The notes: generated by a model not told the origin, from the sequence alone. 64,000 nt of DNA from Candidatus Latescibacterota bacterium (GCA_963422735.1 OY730476.1:1344001-1408000), one strand, 5' to 3'; positions 1-12,087 are shown, counted from the first letter of the stretch. Numbers and translations are program-made.

Positions 1-2066
1 CCCGCCTCCATGGTCGACAACTTGCCGGCGTCGGCATCGACGAGATAGGCGCGAATGCCGCCTCGGCGCTGGCCGAAGCGGGTAGTGAGCGATTCGAGGT
101 CGAGCGAATCCTTTTGCGCTAGGAGAATATCTTCGATTTGGTCGAAGTGCTCTCGGATTTCCTCCAGACTGTAGCTGCGGTCAATGAGCACCGACATATC
201 CACCCGGCGCTCCGGGGTCCAGGGGGTGCCGCGCTGTTCGATTTGGTCGTAGAGGTAATAGCCGGTGCCGGTCAGCACCACCGTGGCCAATAGCGCGACC
301 CAGCGGTGGTCGAGGGTCCAGTTGAGCAGGCGGCCGTACGAGGCGCGCAGGCCGTGGCGAGAACAGTACCAGCCGAGCGCGGCCCCGGCCAGCGCAGTGA
401 GCGCACAGCCGACGATGGTCTGCCACTGCATCCCGCCGACTGAGGTGGCGATCAGCCCCGACCAGCGGACCCACCAAAACTGCAACCCGCTCCAGCCAAC
501 GGCACTGACCTCCCAGTAGGCAATGCCCACCACGACCGCGACTACTAGTAGCTTGAGCCAGCGGTCGTAGCGCTCGATCCCAGTGCGGAGCAGCCGGGAG
601 GAAGCCAGCGGTATCAGCGACAACGCGACGATCATCGACACCACCACGGCGAGGCATATAGCGATCCCGGCGTCCTTCATCCACGCGGCCGAGCGGCCAT
701 CGGAGAGGAAGAAGAAGGGGACGAAGACGCAGATAGTCGTCAGTGCCGAGGCTAGGACCGCCATACCGACTTCGCGGCTGCCGACGCGGGCGGCCTCATC
801 GGCTTCGAGGCCGTCTTCTTGGCGGCGGCGGAAAATGCTCTCCAGCACCACCACCGCCGGATCGACCAACATCCCCACCGCCAGCATCAGTCCCATCATC
901 GAGACCATATTGAGGGTGATGGTCGATTCAAAGACCTCGCGGGCGACATACATGCCAATAAAGACGCACAACGCCGAGGTGGGGATGGCGAGAGCAATGA
1001 CGATAGTCGAGCGGATATTGCGCAGGAAGACGAAGATGATAATCATCGCCAAAAATGCGCCCAGCAGCGCCGAGTTGAGGAGGGTGCCGGCTTCCGCGAG
1101 CACGGACTCGGCGCGGTTGCGGACGATGGCAATCTCAAGTTGGCCCGCGTATTCGGCTTCGAGCGTTGCAAGCTCGGCGACGACGACCTCGCCGACATCG
1201 ACGACATTGGCGGTAGAGGCTTTGAAAATTTCCAGTTGCAGTGCGTCGATGCCGTTGAGCCGCTCATAGCTGCGCTTTTCGGGGAAGCCGTAGTTGATCT
1301 CGCCGATGTCGCCGAGGCGAAACTGACTACCCAAAAGCGGCATGCTGGCAATATCCTCGGCGCGGGAGAACTCGCCGATGGCGCGGACCATATAGCGCTG
1401 GTCGCCATCCATGACCCGGCCCAAAGAAATGTTGGTGTTGTTTTGGTTGAGCTGCCAGCCGAGCGAGGGCAGCGATATATTGTGGGTCTGCAGGCGCTCT
1501 TGGTCGAGCTCGACGATGAGTTGTTTTTCTTCGAGATCGTCGATGACCACGTTGGCGACGCCATTGAGCCGCAACAGTCGCGGCTCAATGACTTTCTGGA
1601 TTACGTCGAGCAGGCGATCGCCGTCGCCGCGCCAAGCCAGATTGGCGTACACAATGGGGCGCTGATCGGACTGCCAGCGGCGCAGACTGACGCGATCGAC
1701 ATCTGCGGGGAGGAGGGCGCGGGCTTGGTCGAGTTTTTCGCGCATCTCCATGTTGGCCAAGTCCATGTCGGTGCCGGCCTTAAAGTCAACGCGCACCTCC
1801 CCTCGATTGCGCCCCGAACTCGAACTAATGCGGTCGATATTGTTGAGCGTGCCCAGCGTCTGCTCCAGCGGCAGGGTCACCAAGCGCTCGATCTCTTCGG
1901 GAGAGGAGCTGTTGTACTGAACTCGAGCCGTGATCCCCGAAGAGGAAATACTCGGCAACTGTTCCATGGGCAAGCGGTCTAAGGCGACGAAGCCCACCAC
2001 CAAGGCACAGAGGGTGATCATCAACGTGGTCACGGGCCGTTTGAGCGAGCACTCCGACAGGGACAT
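1..2066 (-). CDS. RND efflux permease subunit (AcrB/AcrD/AcrF family), 3' end beyond window
   Basis: ATG at 2066 with GGAGG RBS; translates MSLSECSLKRPVTTLMITLC...; contains GMLVDPAVVVLESI (RND TM4 motif); paralogous to the upstream AcrB gene; absent from the ORF track because it runs off the window. Confidence 0.9.
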   Translation of the reverse strand, partial: MSLSECSLKRPVTTLMITLCALVVGFVALDRLPMEQLPSISSSGITARVQYNSSSPEEIERLVTLPLEQTLGTLNNIDRISSSSGRNRGEVRVDFKAGTDMDLANMEMREKLDQARALLPADVDRVSLRRWQSDQRPIVYANLAWRGDGDRLLDVIQKVIEPRLLRLNGVANVVIDDLEEKQLIVELDQERLQTHNISLPSLGWQLNQNNTNISLGRVMDGDQRYMVRAIGEFSRAEDIASMPLLGSQFRLGDIGEINYGFPEKRSYERLNGIDALQLEIFKASTANVVDVGEVVVAELATLEAEYAGQLEIAIVRNRAESVLAEAGTLLNSALLGAFLAMIIIFVFLRNIRSTIVIALAIPTSALCVFIGMYVAREVFESTITLNMVSMMGLMLAVGMLVDPAVVVLESIFRRRQEDGLEADEAARVGSREVGMAVLASALTTICVFVPFFFLSDGRSAAWMKDAGIAICLAVVVSMIVALSLIPLASSRLLRTGIERYDRWLKLLVVAVVVGIAYWEVSAVGWSGLQFWWVRWSGLIATSVGGMQWQTIVGCALTALAGAALGWYCSRHGLRASYGRLLNWTLDHRWVALLATVVLTGTGYYLYDQIEQRGTPWTPERRVDMSVLIDRSYSLEEIREHFDQIEDILLAQKDSLDLESLTTRFGQRRGGIRAYLVDADAGKLSTMEA

Positions 2067-2076
2067 AACTAACCTC

Positions 2077-5000
2077 CTAAGCGCTGCGATCCAGTAGGGT
2101 ATAGACCACGGGGATGAGCACCAGAGTCAACAAGGTGGATACCAAAAGCCCGCCGATGACGGTAATGGCCATGGGCGCGCGGATCTCGGCTCCTTCGCCC
2201 AGCCCTAGGGCCATGGGCAATAGCCCGAGGACGGTGGTTGAGGTCGTCATTAGGATCGGCCGGAAGCGCACCTCGCCGGCGCGCAGCACGGCAGCAAATT
2301 TTTCCATTCCTTCGTCGCGGCGCAGGTGGTTGATATAATCGACGAGGACGATGGCGTTGTTGACGACAATACCGGCGAGCATGATCAGCCCAATAAGCAC
2401 TACCACGCTGATGGTGGTGCCGGTCGCGAGTAGGCCGAGGGCGCTGCCGATCAGCCCCAAGGGAATGGTGAACATGATGACTAGCGGGTGCAAAAGCGAT
2501 TCAAATTGCGAGGCCATCACCAAGTAAACTAGGAATACGGCCAACAGCAGGGCGAATTTCATGCTGTCAAAGGAGCGGACCATTTCCTCGTTCTGGCCGC
2601 CGATCGACACGGTGAAGCCCTCGGGCAGGGGCAAGTCGGCAAGGGCCGCTTCGATCTCTTCTACTACGCCGCCCAGATCTCGTCCTTCGAGGTTGGCCGA
2701 GATGACGGCAACGCGCTCTTGGTCGAGGCGGCGGATCTCGGCCGGGCCGTCCACAGCCCGCACTTCGGCGACTGATTCGAGCGCGACCGGCACGGGGTAG
2801 GAGGTCGGGCTGACGATCATCTGCTCGAGGTCGGCGACCGTCCGGCGCTCCTCGTCGAGCGCGCGAACTCGGATATCGACTTTGCGGTCGCGGCGCGCTA
2901 GCTCGGTGGCGACATCGCCTTGCAGCTTGTTGCGCAACAGCTCGCCGATATTCTGCACGGTGGTGCCCAGCTCGGCGACGCGCCGGCGGTCGAAAAAGAT
3001 CTGGACTTCGGGTTGGCCGCCGGCCGTGCTCGAGCGGATGTCGGTCAGCCCGGCGATGGGGTGCAGACGCTCGATCGCTTGATCGGCCAACAGATCGAGG
3101 GTGTTCAGACTGTAGCCGCTGATTTCCACTTCTATCGGGGTGCGGAAGGAAAAATAAGCTGGCCGCGAGAACTTGAACTTCAGGTCGGGAATGCGGCCGA
3201 GGAGGCTGCGGGCTGCTTCGATGGCTGCGTCTTCGCCGACCTCCGGCGCGAGCCGCACGTGGAGATGGGCGGTGTGCTCCTTTTTATCCGCAGCCGTGCC
3301 ACCGGTCTGGGCGCTGCTGCCGACGAGGGCAAAGACCGAGGCGATTCCATCGAGACCGCGGATCTGCCTGTCGATGGCGGCGACTTGGGCGGCGGTCTGC
3401 TCTAGCGGGGTGCCAGCGCGCCATTCGAGATCGACGAGGAATTCGCCTTGGCTCATCTCCGGGATCAGCTCTAGCCCCAAGCCGCGCGCCCGTTCGAGGA
3501 CTAAGGCCCCTAGCACAATAAAAATTGCGAGGACCAGCAAGCGCCGGCGCAGCGCCCAGCTCAAAAGGAGCGGATACGTTTTGTTAAGCGCGTTGAAGAC
3601 AAGATCGAAGAGCCAGTACAGCGGGAAGAGCAGGGTGGAAAAAAAGCGGCCGCCACCGCCGGCTGTGGCGCGGATCAGGCGGATGAGAAGGGCCGGGCCT
3701 TGGACGCCGCGTTTGGGGCCGCTCTCTTCTGCCTCGGCAATCATCCTCTCGAGGCTCAGCGACGAGAGCATGGGGATCAGCATCAGCGCCACCACGAGGG
3801 AGGCGACCAACGAATAGGTGACGGTCAATGCTTGATCGCGGAAGAGCTGGCCGGCGACGCCCTCGACGAAGACGATGGGCAAAAAGACGCAGATGGTGGT
3901 GGTGGTGGCGGCGATGACGGCGCGGCCGACTTCGCTGGCTCCGCGCACGGCGGCGGCCAAGATATTAAGCCCTTGATCGCGATAGCGCTGTACGCTTTCC
4001 AAGACCACGATGGAGCTATCAACCAGCATCCCGACCCCCAACGCCAGCCCGCCCAGCGACATGATATTGAGGCTTACGTCCGACCCGAACATCAAGAAAA
4101 AGGTCGCTACCACCGAGAGGGGAATCGACAGGCCGATGATGGCGGTGCTTTTGAGGTCGCGGAGGAAGAGGAAGAGCACGACGACGGCGAGGATGCCGCC
4201 GATGATGGCGGTGTTGAGCACCTCGTCAACGGCTTGTTGGATAAAGGTCGCTTGGTTGAAGACAACCTCCATGCCGCTGTCCTGAAGCAGCGAGGCGTTT
4301 TCTGCGAGAAATTCGTCCAAGCGCTCCTGTACCGCCGTGCTGACTTGGACGGTATTGGCGTCGCCTTCCTTGAAGACTGAGACCTCGACGCCCTCGCGGC
4401 CGTTAATGCGGGTCACGAGGTCGCGCTCGCGGTGGCCGCGGAAGACGCGGGCCACATCCTTGAGCTTGATCGGTGCGCGGTCGATCTGACCGATGACGAT
4501 CTCGCCGATCTCGTCTATGCCTTGGAACTCGTTGAGGGTCCTGACGAGAAACTCGGCCGCGCCGTCTTTGAGCACCCCGCCAGTTAGGTTGACGTTTTCC
4601 GCGGCGAGGCGGCTGGTGACCTGATTGATGGAGATGCCGAGGTGAGCTAGGCGCTGGGCTTCGACCTCGACTTGGATCTCCTCCTCTAGGCCGCCGTTGA
4701 TCCTGACAGCTGCTACGCCTTCGAGACTCTCGAGGTCGGGGCGCAGCCGCTCTTCGGCAACGCGCCGCATCTCCATCAGGCTCAACTTGCCGTAAAACGC
4801 CAAGCGCATTACCGGGTCGAGCGAGGGATCGAAGCGCAAGAGGATGGGCTTTTTGGCGTCGCGCGGTAGGTTGGCCAAATCGAGCTTTTCGCGGATGTCG
4901 AGCGAGGCAAAATCCATATTGGTGCCCCAGCCGAACTCGACGACCACATCTGAGATGCCCGGCCGCGAAATTGACGAGACGCGGACCACGTTGCTGACCA

Positions 5001-5217
5001 CGCCGACTAAGCCCTCGACCGGCTCGGAAATCAGGCGCTCCATCTCGAGGGGAGCCACGCCCTCGTATTCGGTGCGGACGGTGATCGTGGGATAGGTGAT
5101 GTCGGGGAGGAGGTTGACCGCTAGGCGCGAAAAGCCCACCCCGCCGAAGGCGATGATCGCCACCATCAGCATCGCCACCGTGACGCGGCGACGAGTGGAA
5201 AACTCGACTAGTTTCAC
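2077..5217 (-). CDS. RND efflux permease subunit (AcrB family)
   Basis: 1046 aa; GMLVDSSIVVLE, GIVVNNAIVLVD and RFRPILMT motifs. Confidence 0.95.
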   Translation of the reverse strand: MKLVEFSTRRRVTVAMLMVAIIAFGGVGFSRLAVNLLPDITYPTITVRTEYEGVAPLEMERLISEPVEGLVGVVSNVVRVSSISRPGISDVVVEFGWGTNMDFASLDIREKLDLANLPRDAKKPILLRFDPSLDPVMRLAFYGKLSLMEMRRVAEERLRPDLESLEGVAAVRINGGLEEEIQVEVEAQRLAHLGISINQVTSRLAAENVNLTGGVLKDGAAEFLVRTLNEFQGIDEIGEIVIGQIDRAPIKLKDVARVFRGHRERDLVTRINGREGVEVSVFKEGDANTVQVSTAVQERLDEFLAENASLLQDSGMEVVFNQATFIQQAVDEVLNTAIIGGILAVVVLFLFLRDLKSTAIIGLSIPLSVVATFFLMFGSDVSLNIMSLGGLALGVGMLVDSSIVVLESVQRYRDQGLNILAAAVRGASEVGRAVIAATTTTICVFLPIVFVEGVAGQLFRDQALTVTYSLVASLVVALMLIPMLSSLSLERMIAEAEESGPKRGVQGPALLIRLIRATAGGGGRFFSTLLFPLYWLFDLVFNALNKTYPLLLSWALRRRLLVLAIFIVLGALVLERARGLGLELIPEMSQGEFLVDLEWRAGTPLEQTAAQVAAIDRQIRGLDGIASVFALVGSSAQTGGTAADKKEHTAHLHVRLAPEVGEDAAIEAARSLLGRIPDLKFKFSRPAYFSFRTPIEVEISGYSLNTLDLLADQAIERLHPIAGLTDIRSSTAGGQPEVQIFFDRRRVAELGTTVQNIGELLRNKLQGDVATELARRDRKVDIRVRALDEERRTVADLEQMIVSPTSYPVPVALESVAEVRAVDGPAEIRRLDQERVAVISANLEGRDLGGVVEEIEAALADLPLPEGFTVSIGGQNEEMVRSFDSMKFALLLAVFLVYLVMASQFESLLHPLVIMFTIPLGLIGSALGLLATGTTISVVVLIGLIMLAGIVVNNAIVLVDYINHLRRDEGMEKFAAVLRAGEVRFRPILMTTSTTVLGLLPMALGLGEGAEIRAPMAITVIGGLLVSTLLTLVLIPVVYTLLDRSA

Positions 5218-6503
5218 TCGCCTCTACCTCGACCTTGCCCGCGCCTCGGTGGGGGCCCGCCGCCCTGCTCGCGCAGTGCGCGCAGACGTTGGCGCAAGCT
5301 GTCGGGCAGGGGTTTGCCCTCGCGGCGGTACTCGGCTATGACTTGGCGCAAGCTGTCGGGCAGGCCACCGCCCCAGCCGCCTCTAGCCCCGGGCGGGCGG
5401 GCGCCTTCGCCAGACCCTAGGCTGGCCAATTCCGCCGGGGCCGGTAGCCCCTCGCCGGCCAGCCGCACGGCCACTCCGTCCTTGAGGCCCTCGTGGCCGA
5501 TGGTCACTACTTGGTCGCCTTCTTTGAGGCCGGAGACGATCTCGACTTGATCGCCCTCGACAAAGCCCAACTCGACGGCGACCCGGCGCACCTTGCCGTC
5601 CTCGATGAGGAAGACATCGTCCTCGTCGGTTTCGAGGATTAGGGCCTTCTTGGGGATGATCAGGGTCTGGGGGCGACGCTCGGTAATAATGCGCACCGTA
5701 GCGAACATCCCCGGTTTGAGTACGCCGCCACTGGCAACTTCGAGGGTGACCTTGACGGTGCCGCTGGCGGGATCGACCTCTGGACTAATCATGCGGATGC
5801 GGGCGCGGAAGCTCGTGTCGGGCAGGGCCTCGACCGCGATGGTTGCCTCTTGGCCGGGGTGCAACTGGTACATGCGCTGCTCGGGCGCGAAAATTTTCAC
5901 CAGCAGCGGGCTGAGGTCGGCGACGACGAAAACTTCTTGATTGCCGCGCACTAGGTCGCCCAATTCGACCAACCGCTGGGTGACAATGCCGGCAATCGGC
6001 GCGGTAACGTCCGCGTACGCGAGATTGAGCTGGGCTTCTTCGAGGGCTATCGTGGCGTTGTTCAATCGGAGGTGAGCCGTATCGTATTCGGATTGGCTGA
6101 CCATGCTGCTCTCGTGCAGCGCCTTGATGCGGTCGTAGTTGGTACTGGCGTCGGCAAAAGTATCTTCGGCTTGACGCGAGTTCAGGATCAGTTCGTCCTT
6201 GTTAAGGCGGACCATCACTTGGCCTTGGCGCACGCGGTCGCCCTCTTCGGCTGCTAGCTCCTCGACTAGACCGGTCGTTCGCGCCAAGACGCTGACTCGG
6301 CGCTCGGCTTCGAGGCGGGAGTACGTCTCAATGTATGCGTTCATGTCGCCGCGAGTGACCTTTTCGCCTTTGACCGGAATGGCTGCTGCTTCGCGCCCGC
6401 CCCAACCGCCGCGCCGGGTGTTCTGTGCTGCTTGCTCCTCGCCGCAGCCTAGCGCGAGGAGCAAGACGCTGCCGATGTACAACGCATATTGGCGAGCTGT
6501 CAT
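5214..6503 (-). CDS. RND periplasmic adaptor (membrane fusion protein), lipoprotein
   Basis: LALGC lipobox; APIAGIV and LKPGMFATV MFP motifs; 4-bp overlap with AcrB. Confidence 0.93.
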   Translation of the reverse strand: MTARQYALYIGSVLLLALGCGEEQAAQNTRRGGWGGREAAAIPVKGEKVTRGDMNAYIETYSRLEAERRVSVLARTTGLVEELAAEEGDRVRQGQVMVRLNKDELILNSRQAEDTFADASTNYDRIKALHESSMVSQSEYDTAHLRLNNATIALEEAQLNLAYADVTAPIAGIVTQRLVELGDLVRGNQEVFVVADLSPLLVKIFAPEQRMYQLHPGQEATIAVEALPDTSFRARIRMISPEVDPASGTVKVTLEVASGGVLKPGMFATVRIITERRPQTLIIPKKALILETDEDDVFLIEDGKVRRVAVELGFVEGDQVEIVSGLKEGDQVVTIGHEGLKDGVAVRLAGEGLPAPAELASLGSGEGARPPGARGGWGGGLPDSLRQVIAEYRREGKPLPDSLRQRLRALREQGGGPPPRRGQGRGRGE

Positions 6504-6569
6504 CTGGAATAGGCCCTAGTTGTGTGTGTTTTGTCCACAGCGTTCCTTTCTTTCGCGGGTGTCGTCAAG

Positions 6570-6620
6570 AAGTTAGATGAGGCTTCGATCTTTGTCAATA
6601 GAACTGACTGGTCAGTTCTA
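6570..6620 (-). promoter_or_regulatory. sigma70-type promoter of the RND operon with adjacent palindromic operator
   Basis: TTGACA (6598-6593), 17 nt, TAACTT (6575-6570); perfect inverted repeat TAGAACTGAC-TG-GTCAGTTCTA at 6599-6620 abuts the -35. Confidence 0.75.
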
Positions 6621-6996
6621 ATCAGTTGGACGATAGGCCGCCAATCGCTCCGCCGCAGACGAATATCATGGCCCGGTCCTTCTTGCCCGTTTTGAGGATG
6701 CCGAGGATTTTAACTCCCGGATGCGTTGCATAGTCAGAATTAGTAGTCGCCCCATTAGACCATCGATTGAATCTATTCATTCCCATGCGGTTTCATTTTT
6801 TGTGCCGCTGCCGTCTAAAGGTGATAATGTCAATGAATTACTAATTAATACTGAATTAGTATATTAAACGCCCGTGCGAGCATCGCTGTCGAGGGACTGG
6901 CATAAGCGTCTCGTTCACTTTTGCAGGCCGCGGCTACAGCCCCTATAATTGGGCCGTATGCAAAAAAATCAAACACCGCAAAACAGGAGCAACGTG

Positions 6997-7464
6997 ATGC
7001 GACAGCTCCTCGTGGCCTTGGCGGCCTTGGCGCTGGCAGCCTGTGGCCGAGAGCCCCCTGCTGACCTCATCCCCGCCCAGATTGTCGATGTGCGCGACTT
7101 CGGTGCCGATGGGGTGGCTGTCGTGCTCAAAGGGGACGATGTGCCGCCGTTGCCCATCATCATCGGCCACTGCGAGGCACGGGCGTTAGTCGGGGCCATG
7201 CGGGACGAAGATTTCCCGCGCCCGCTCGCGTACGATCTATTGGAGGCGATGCTGGAGAAGCTGCAAGGCGAGGTGATGCACCTCGTCGTCCACAGCATCA
7301 AGGACAACACCTTTCGCGCCAACTTGTACATTGAGACCGCAGCTGGCGAGTGGGTACTCGATTGCCGGCCCAGCGACGGCATGGTGCTGGTGACGCGCCT
7401 CGGAGCACCGATTTACTTGCGACCGCGGCTCTTTGAACCCAAAGACCTAAGCCCACAGGTATAA
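6997..7464 (+). CDS. Bifunctional nuclease family protein (DUF151) with lipoprotein signal
   Basis: LPIIIGHCEA, PRPLAYDLL and LDCRPSDG motifs; AGGAG RBS; MRQLLVALAALALAAC signal. Confidence 0.8.
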   Translation: MRQLLVALAALALAACGREPPADLIPAQIVDVRDFGADGVAVVLKGDDVPPLPIIIGHCEARALVGAMRDEDFPRPLAYDLLEAMLEKLQGEVMHLVVHSIKDNTFRANLYIETAAGEWVLDCRPSDGMVLVTRLGAPIYLRPRLFEPKDLSPQV

Positions 7465-7487
7465 CCAACAACCGCGAGGAGGGTGCC

Positions 7488-8489
7488 GTGGCCTATCGAG
7501 TCGGCCTCGTGGGCACGGGTGGCATCGCCCGCGCCCACGGCAAGGCCTGCAAGCAGATCGCCGAAGCTGAACTCGTCGCCATCTGCGACGTGTCCGCCGA
7601 GCAACTAGCGCGCTACGGCGAGGAATTTGGCGTTGCAGCGCGCTATACCGAGCTGGACACCATGCTCCACGAGGCCGAGCTGGACATTGCCATCATCTGC
7701 ACTTGGGGTGCCTTTCACGCGGAGACCGGGATTCGGATCTGCGATTCGGGGCGGGTAAAGGCCGTGCTTTGCGAAAAGCCCTTCACCCAAAATGCTACCC
7801 AAGCAGCGGCCTTTGCCGCAGCCGGCAGGAAAAACCGCGTCCTCGTGGCCGAGGCGTTTAAGTTTCGCCATCACCCCATGCACTTGCGGGCCAAGGCCAT
7901 GATCGACGCCGGCGCGATCGGCGACTTGGTCGGCGTGCGGAGCACCTTTTGCACCAGTTCAGGAGGCGCACTCAAAGAACGCTCGCCCGAGTCGAATTGG
8001 CGCTTCAACAAGGCCAAAGGCGGCGGCAGTATCTATGACTTGGCCTGTTACAACATTCACCACGCGCGGTTCGCGTTTGGCGAGGAGCCGGAGCGGGTGT
8101 TTGCCGCGCAGCAGCCGGGCTTGGAGACCGACGATGCCGCGTCGATTGTGCTCGTCTTTTCCGGGGGCCGCACCGCGCAGATCGCCGTGGGTTTTAATGC
8201 GTTCAACTCGCAGTACGCGGAAATTTCCGGGCACCGCGGGATGCTGCGGCTAGACCAGGTGTGGAACAACGAGAATCGGGCCGTCACCATAGAGCACCGC
8301 ACGCCGAGTGGGGTGGAGGTTGTCGAATTCCCGCCCTGCTTTCAGTTTGCATTGCAGTTACAGCACCTGTGCAAGTGCTTGGCCGAGGGAGGGGAGCATC
8401 GGATCATGCCGGAGCACAGCGTGCGGCAGATGCAGGTATTAGATGCGGTGAAGGAGTCTATGGAGACAAGACGGGCGGTGGAATTGTAA
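7488..8489 (+). CDS. Gfo/Idh/MocA family oxidoreductase
   Basis: GLVGTGGIA Rossmann motif, LCEKP, GGGSIYDLACY. Confidence 0.92.
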   Translation: MAYRVGLVGTGGIARAHGKACKQIAEAELVAICDVSAEQLARYGEEFGVAARYTELDTMLHEAELDIAIICTWGAFHAETGIRICDSGRVKAVLCEKPFTQNATQAAAFAAAGRKNRVLVAEAFKFRHHPMHLRAKAMIDAGAIGDLVGVRSTFCTSSGGALKERSPESNWRFNKAKGGGSIYDLACYNIHHARFAFGEEPERVFAAQQPGLETDDAASIVLVFSGGRTAQIAVGFNAFNSQYAEISGHRGMLRLDQVWNNENRAVTIEHRTPSGVEVVEFPPCFQFALQLQHLCKCLAEGGEHRIMPEHSVRQMQVLDAVKESMETRRAVEL

Positions 8490-8598
8490 TACCATTCTGA
8501 CCTAGACGCACGACCCCCATCTGCACACCCTTCTTGTGGTTGCCCTGGTGCTGTAACGAAATCCGGGGGCTGCCTTTTAACGAAAGAAAGGATGAATC

Positions 8599-9687
8599 AT
8601 GCGCGTTGGCATTATTGGACACACTGGCCGCGGCAACTACGGCCACTACCTCGATATGGCTTTTGTCGGGGTAGAAGGCGCGGAGATTGTGGCGCTGGCC
8701 GATCCCGACGAGGCGGGACGCCAAGCCGCCGTCGCCAAGACCGGAGCGCCCAAGGGATACGCCGATTACGTACAGATGTTAGAGGCGGAGAAGCCGGATG
8801 TTGCGGTGGTAGCCTCGCGGGAGATCGGCGATCATCTGGCGTTGGTGCTCCATTGTGTGGAGCGCGGGGCGCATGTGTACCTCGAAAAGCCGGTGGCGGC
8901 TTCGGTCGCCCAAGTTGACCAGATGATCGCAGCGCGCGATAAGGCAAAAGTGACGGTGGTGGTGGCGCATCCTTGGCGAGGGCATCCGCCGATCCAGAGG
9001 GTGGCGATTCCAGCACTTAAGGCGGGGAAAATCGGCCAGCCGAGGCTGTGCCGGATCTATGGGATGGGCGGCGCGCACGGCGGGGATCAACTGTTTTTGG
9101 ACTTGTATCCACATTTTTTTGACTTTCTCTGGCAGTCGTTTGGGGAGCCGCTGTGGTGTCATGCACATCTGACGCAGGGTGGGCGCAGCGCGACGCCAGC
9201 AGATGTACAGGAAGGCGTTGAAGGGATGGGCTTGGTGGCCGGAGACGGGATCAAGGCGTACTACGAGTTCTCAGGCGGAGTGGCTGCCGATTTTGAGTCC
9301 TACCGGGGGGATGGGAAGGAGAATCCCTATCGCATCGACATTCACGGGACGGAAGGGACTTTGTCACTGCCCGGGCCGATGGTCAATCTGCCGGATATTT
9401 ACTACCACCCGCTGGTCAACCCCGGGCTGATCGGCGATCCGCGCTGGGAGGTTGTGCCCTCGTCGCCGCCGCCGGACGAGCACAAGTGGCTCAACGCGCA
9501 CCGCCGCATGGCGCGGTCCATGATCGACCTGATCGAAGGCCGCAAGCCAGAATGGGAGCTGGTAGAGCTGGAGAATGCGCGGCTCTATCTAGAAATGGCG
9601 ATGATGGCCCACGCCTCGCATAGGGCCGGAGCGCGGGTTGGGCTGCCGCTCGAGAGCACGGCAAACCCGTTTGACGACTGGAATTAG
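8599..9687 (+). CDS. Gfo/Idh/MocA family oxidoreductase
   Basis: MRVGIIGHTGRGNYGH, HVYLEKP. Confidence 0.9.
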   Translation: MRVGIIGHTGRGNYGHYLDMAFVGVEGAEIVALADPDEAGRQAAVAKTGAPKGYADYVQMLEAEKPDVAVVASREIGDHLALVLHCVERGAHVYLEKPVAASVAQVDQMIAARDKAKVTVVVAHPWRGHPPIQRVAIPALKAGKIGQPRLCRIYGMGGAHGGDQLFLDLYPHFFDFLWQSFGEPLWCHAHLTQGGRSATPADVQEGVEGMGLVAGDGIKAYYEFSGGVAADFESYRGDGKENPYRIDIHGTEGTLSLPGPMVNLPDIYYHPLVNPGLIGDPRWEVVPSSPPPDEHKWLNAHRRMARSMIDLIEGRKPEWELVELENARLYLEMAMMAHASHRAGARVGLPLESTANPFDDWN

Positions 9688-9692
9688 CCGCC

Positions 9693-10120
9693 TCAATCCC
9701 CGTCGCGTTCATACCAGTAGTGCTGCATTTTGGGTACGTAAAGGACGCCGACCACGCAATCAGCCCCAGCCCGATCAGCGATTCAATACCCGCCAACAGC
9801 CGCGCCGGCCCCAACGGCGCGATGTCGCCGTACCCCAGCGAGGTGTACGTGACCAGCGAGAAATACAGGATGTCGGTTGGCCCGGACACTACGCCGGAGA
9901 GAGTGGCTATGTCGACGGCGAGTAGGTAGTACCAGCCAACGGCAAAAATCGCGACCTCGACGAAGTGGGCGCAGAGAGTCAAGAACACGACGAACAACAC
10001 TCGGATGCGCGAGGCAATCGGCCGCTTCTCCAGCTAGCGCGAACCAAAGGCGATCGCCTCGTAGTGGACGCCGATGGCGATCAGGATTGGTACAATCAAA
10101 ACAGGTAGTATGATTGCCAT
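9693..10120 (-). pseudogene. Potassium-channel-like (Ion_trans_2) small membrane protein, disrupted
   Basis: YFSLVTYTSLGYGD pore signature; in-frame TAG at 10034-10036 and apparent frameshift near 9732 (MQHYWY continues in another frame). Confidence 0.7.
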
Positions 10121-10125
10121 TACAA

Positions 10126-11571
<1,446 letters not shown>

Positions 11572-11574
11572 AAG

Positions 11575-12087
11575 CTACTCGTCGTTATGTACATCCTCTG
11601 CGCCGCCCAAGCCCACCCACTCCCCGTGGCCAGCCGTGCTGTGGCAGTGAACGCAGTGCCGGGCTTCGGCCTCGACGATTTGGTGGACAAAGGCACTGTG
11701 ACACGCGAGGCAGTTTTGCTGCAAGATGCGGGCGTTTTTCTCTTTGATGAAGATCGGCTCGGAGAAGTTTTGCAGCACAAAGGCTGTAGAGTGATTCCAG
11801 CCGTTTTCGGCCTTAGCCAGATACTTGCTCAAGAAGCTGCGCGGCAGATGGCAATCGACGCAAGTGGCCGCGGCATGGTGACTGGATTTGCGATAGGAAT
11901 CTAGCTGGGGCCGCATGATATGGCAGTTGGCACATGCGGCCGGATCCGTGCTGAAATAGGATAGCCCCTCTCCGTAATGAAAGGTAAAGGCCCCCACCCC
12001 GATTAGGGCGGCCAGCCATAACAAGCCGATCTGCAAATAGGGACTTGTTGAACGCATGGATGCTTTTTCGGCCGCCTTGTAAGTCAT
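11575..12087 (-). CDS. nrfH: Cytochrome c nitrite reductase small subunit (NapC/NirT family)
   Basis: N-terminal TM helix; four CXXCH motifs; directly upstream of nrfA; start may be 12057. Confidence 0.9.
   Translation of the reverse strand: MTYKAAEKASMRSTSPYLQIGLLWLAALIGVGAFTFHYGEGLSYFSTDPAACANCHIMRPQLDSYRKSSHHAAATCVDCHLPRSFLSKYLAKAENGWNHSTAFVLQNFSEPIFIKEKNARILQQNCLACHSAFVHQIVEAEARHCVHCHSTAGHGEWVGLGGAEDVHNDE

Noticed and set aside
265-5095. Long plus-strand ORFs such as 819-1982 and 3700-4380
   Set aside because: Antisense shadows of the AcrB genes in GC-rich DNA.
6622-6786. Small minus-strand ORF of about 54 aa upstream of the RND promoter as a regulator
   Set aside because: No HTH, no clear RBS, and no recognisable family.
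10034-10036. In-frame TAG as pyrrolysine or stop read-through
   Set aside because: The same gene also has a frameshift, and TAG is used as a normal stop throughout the window.
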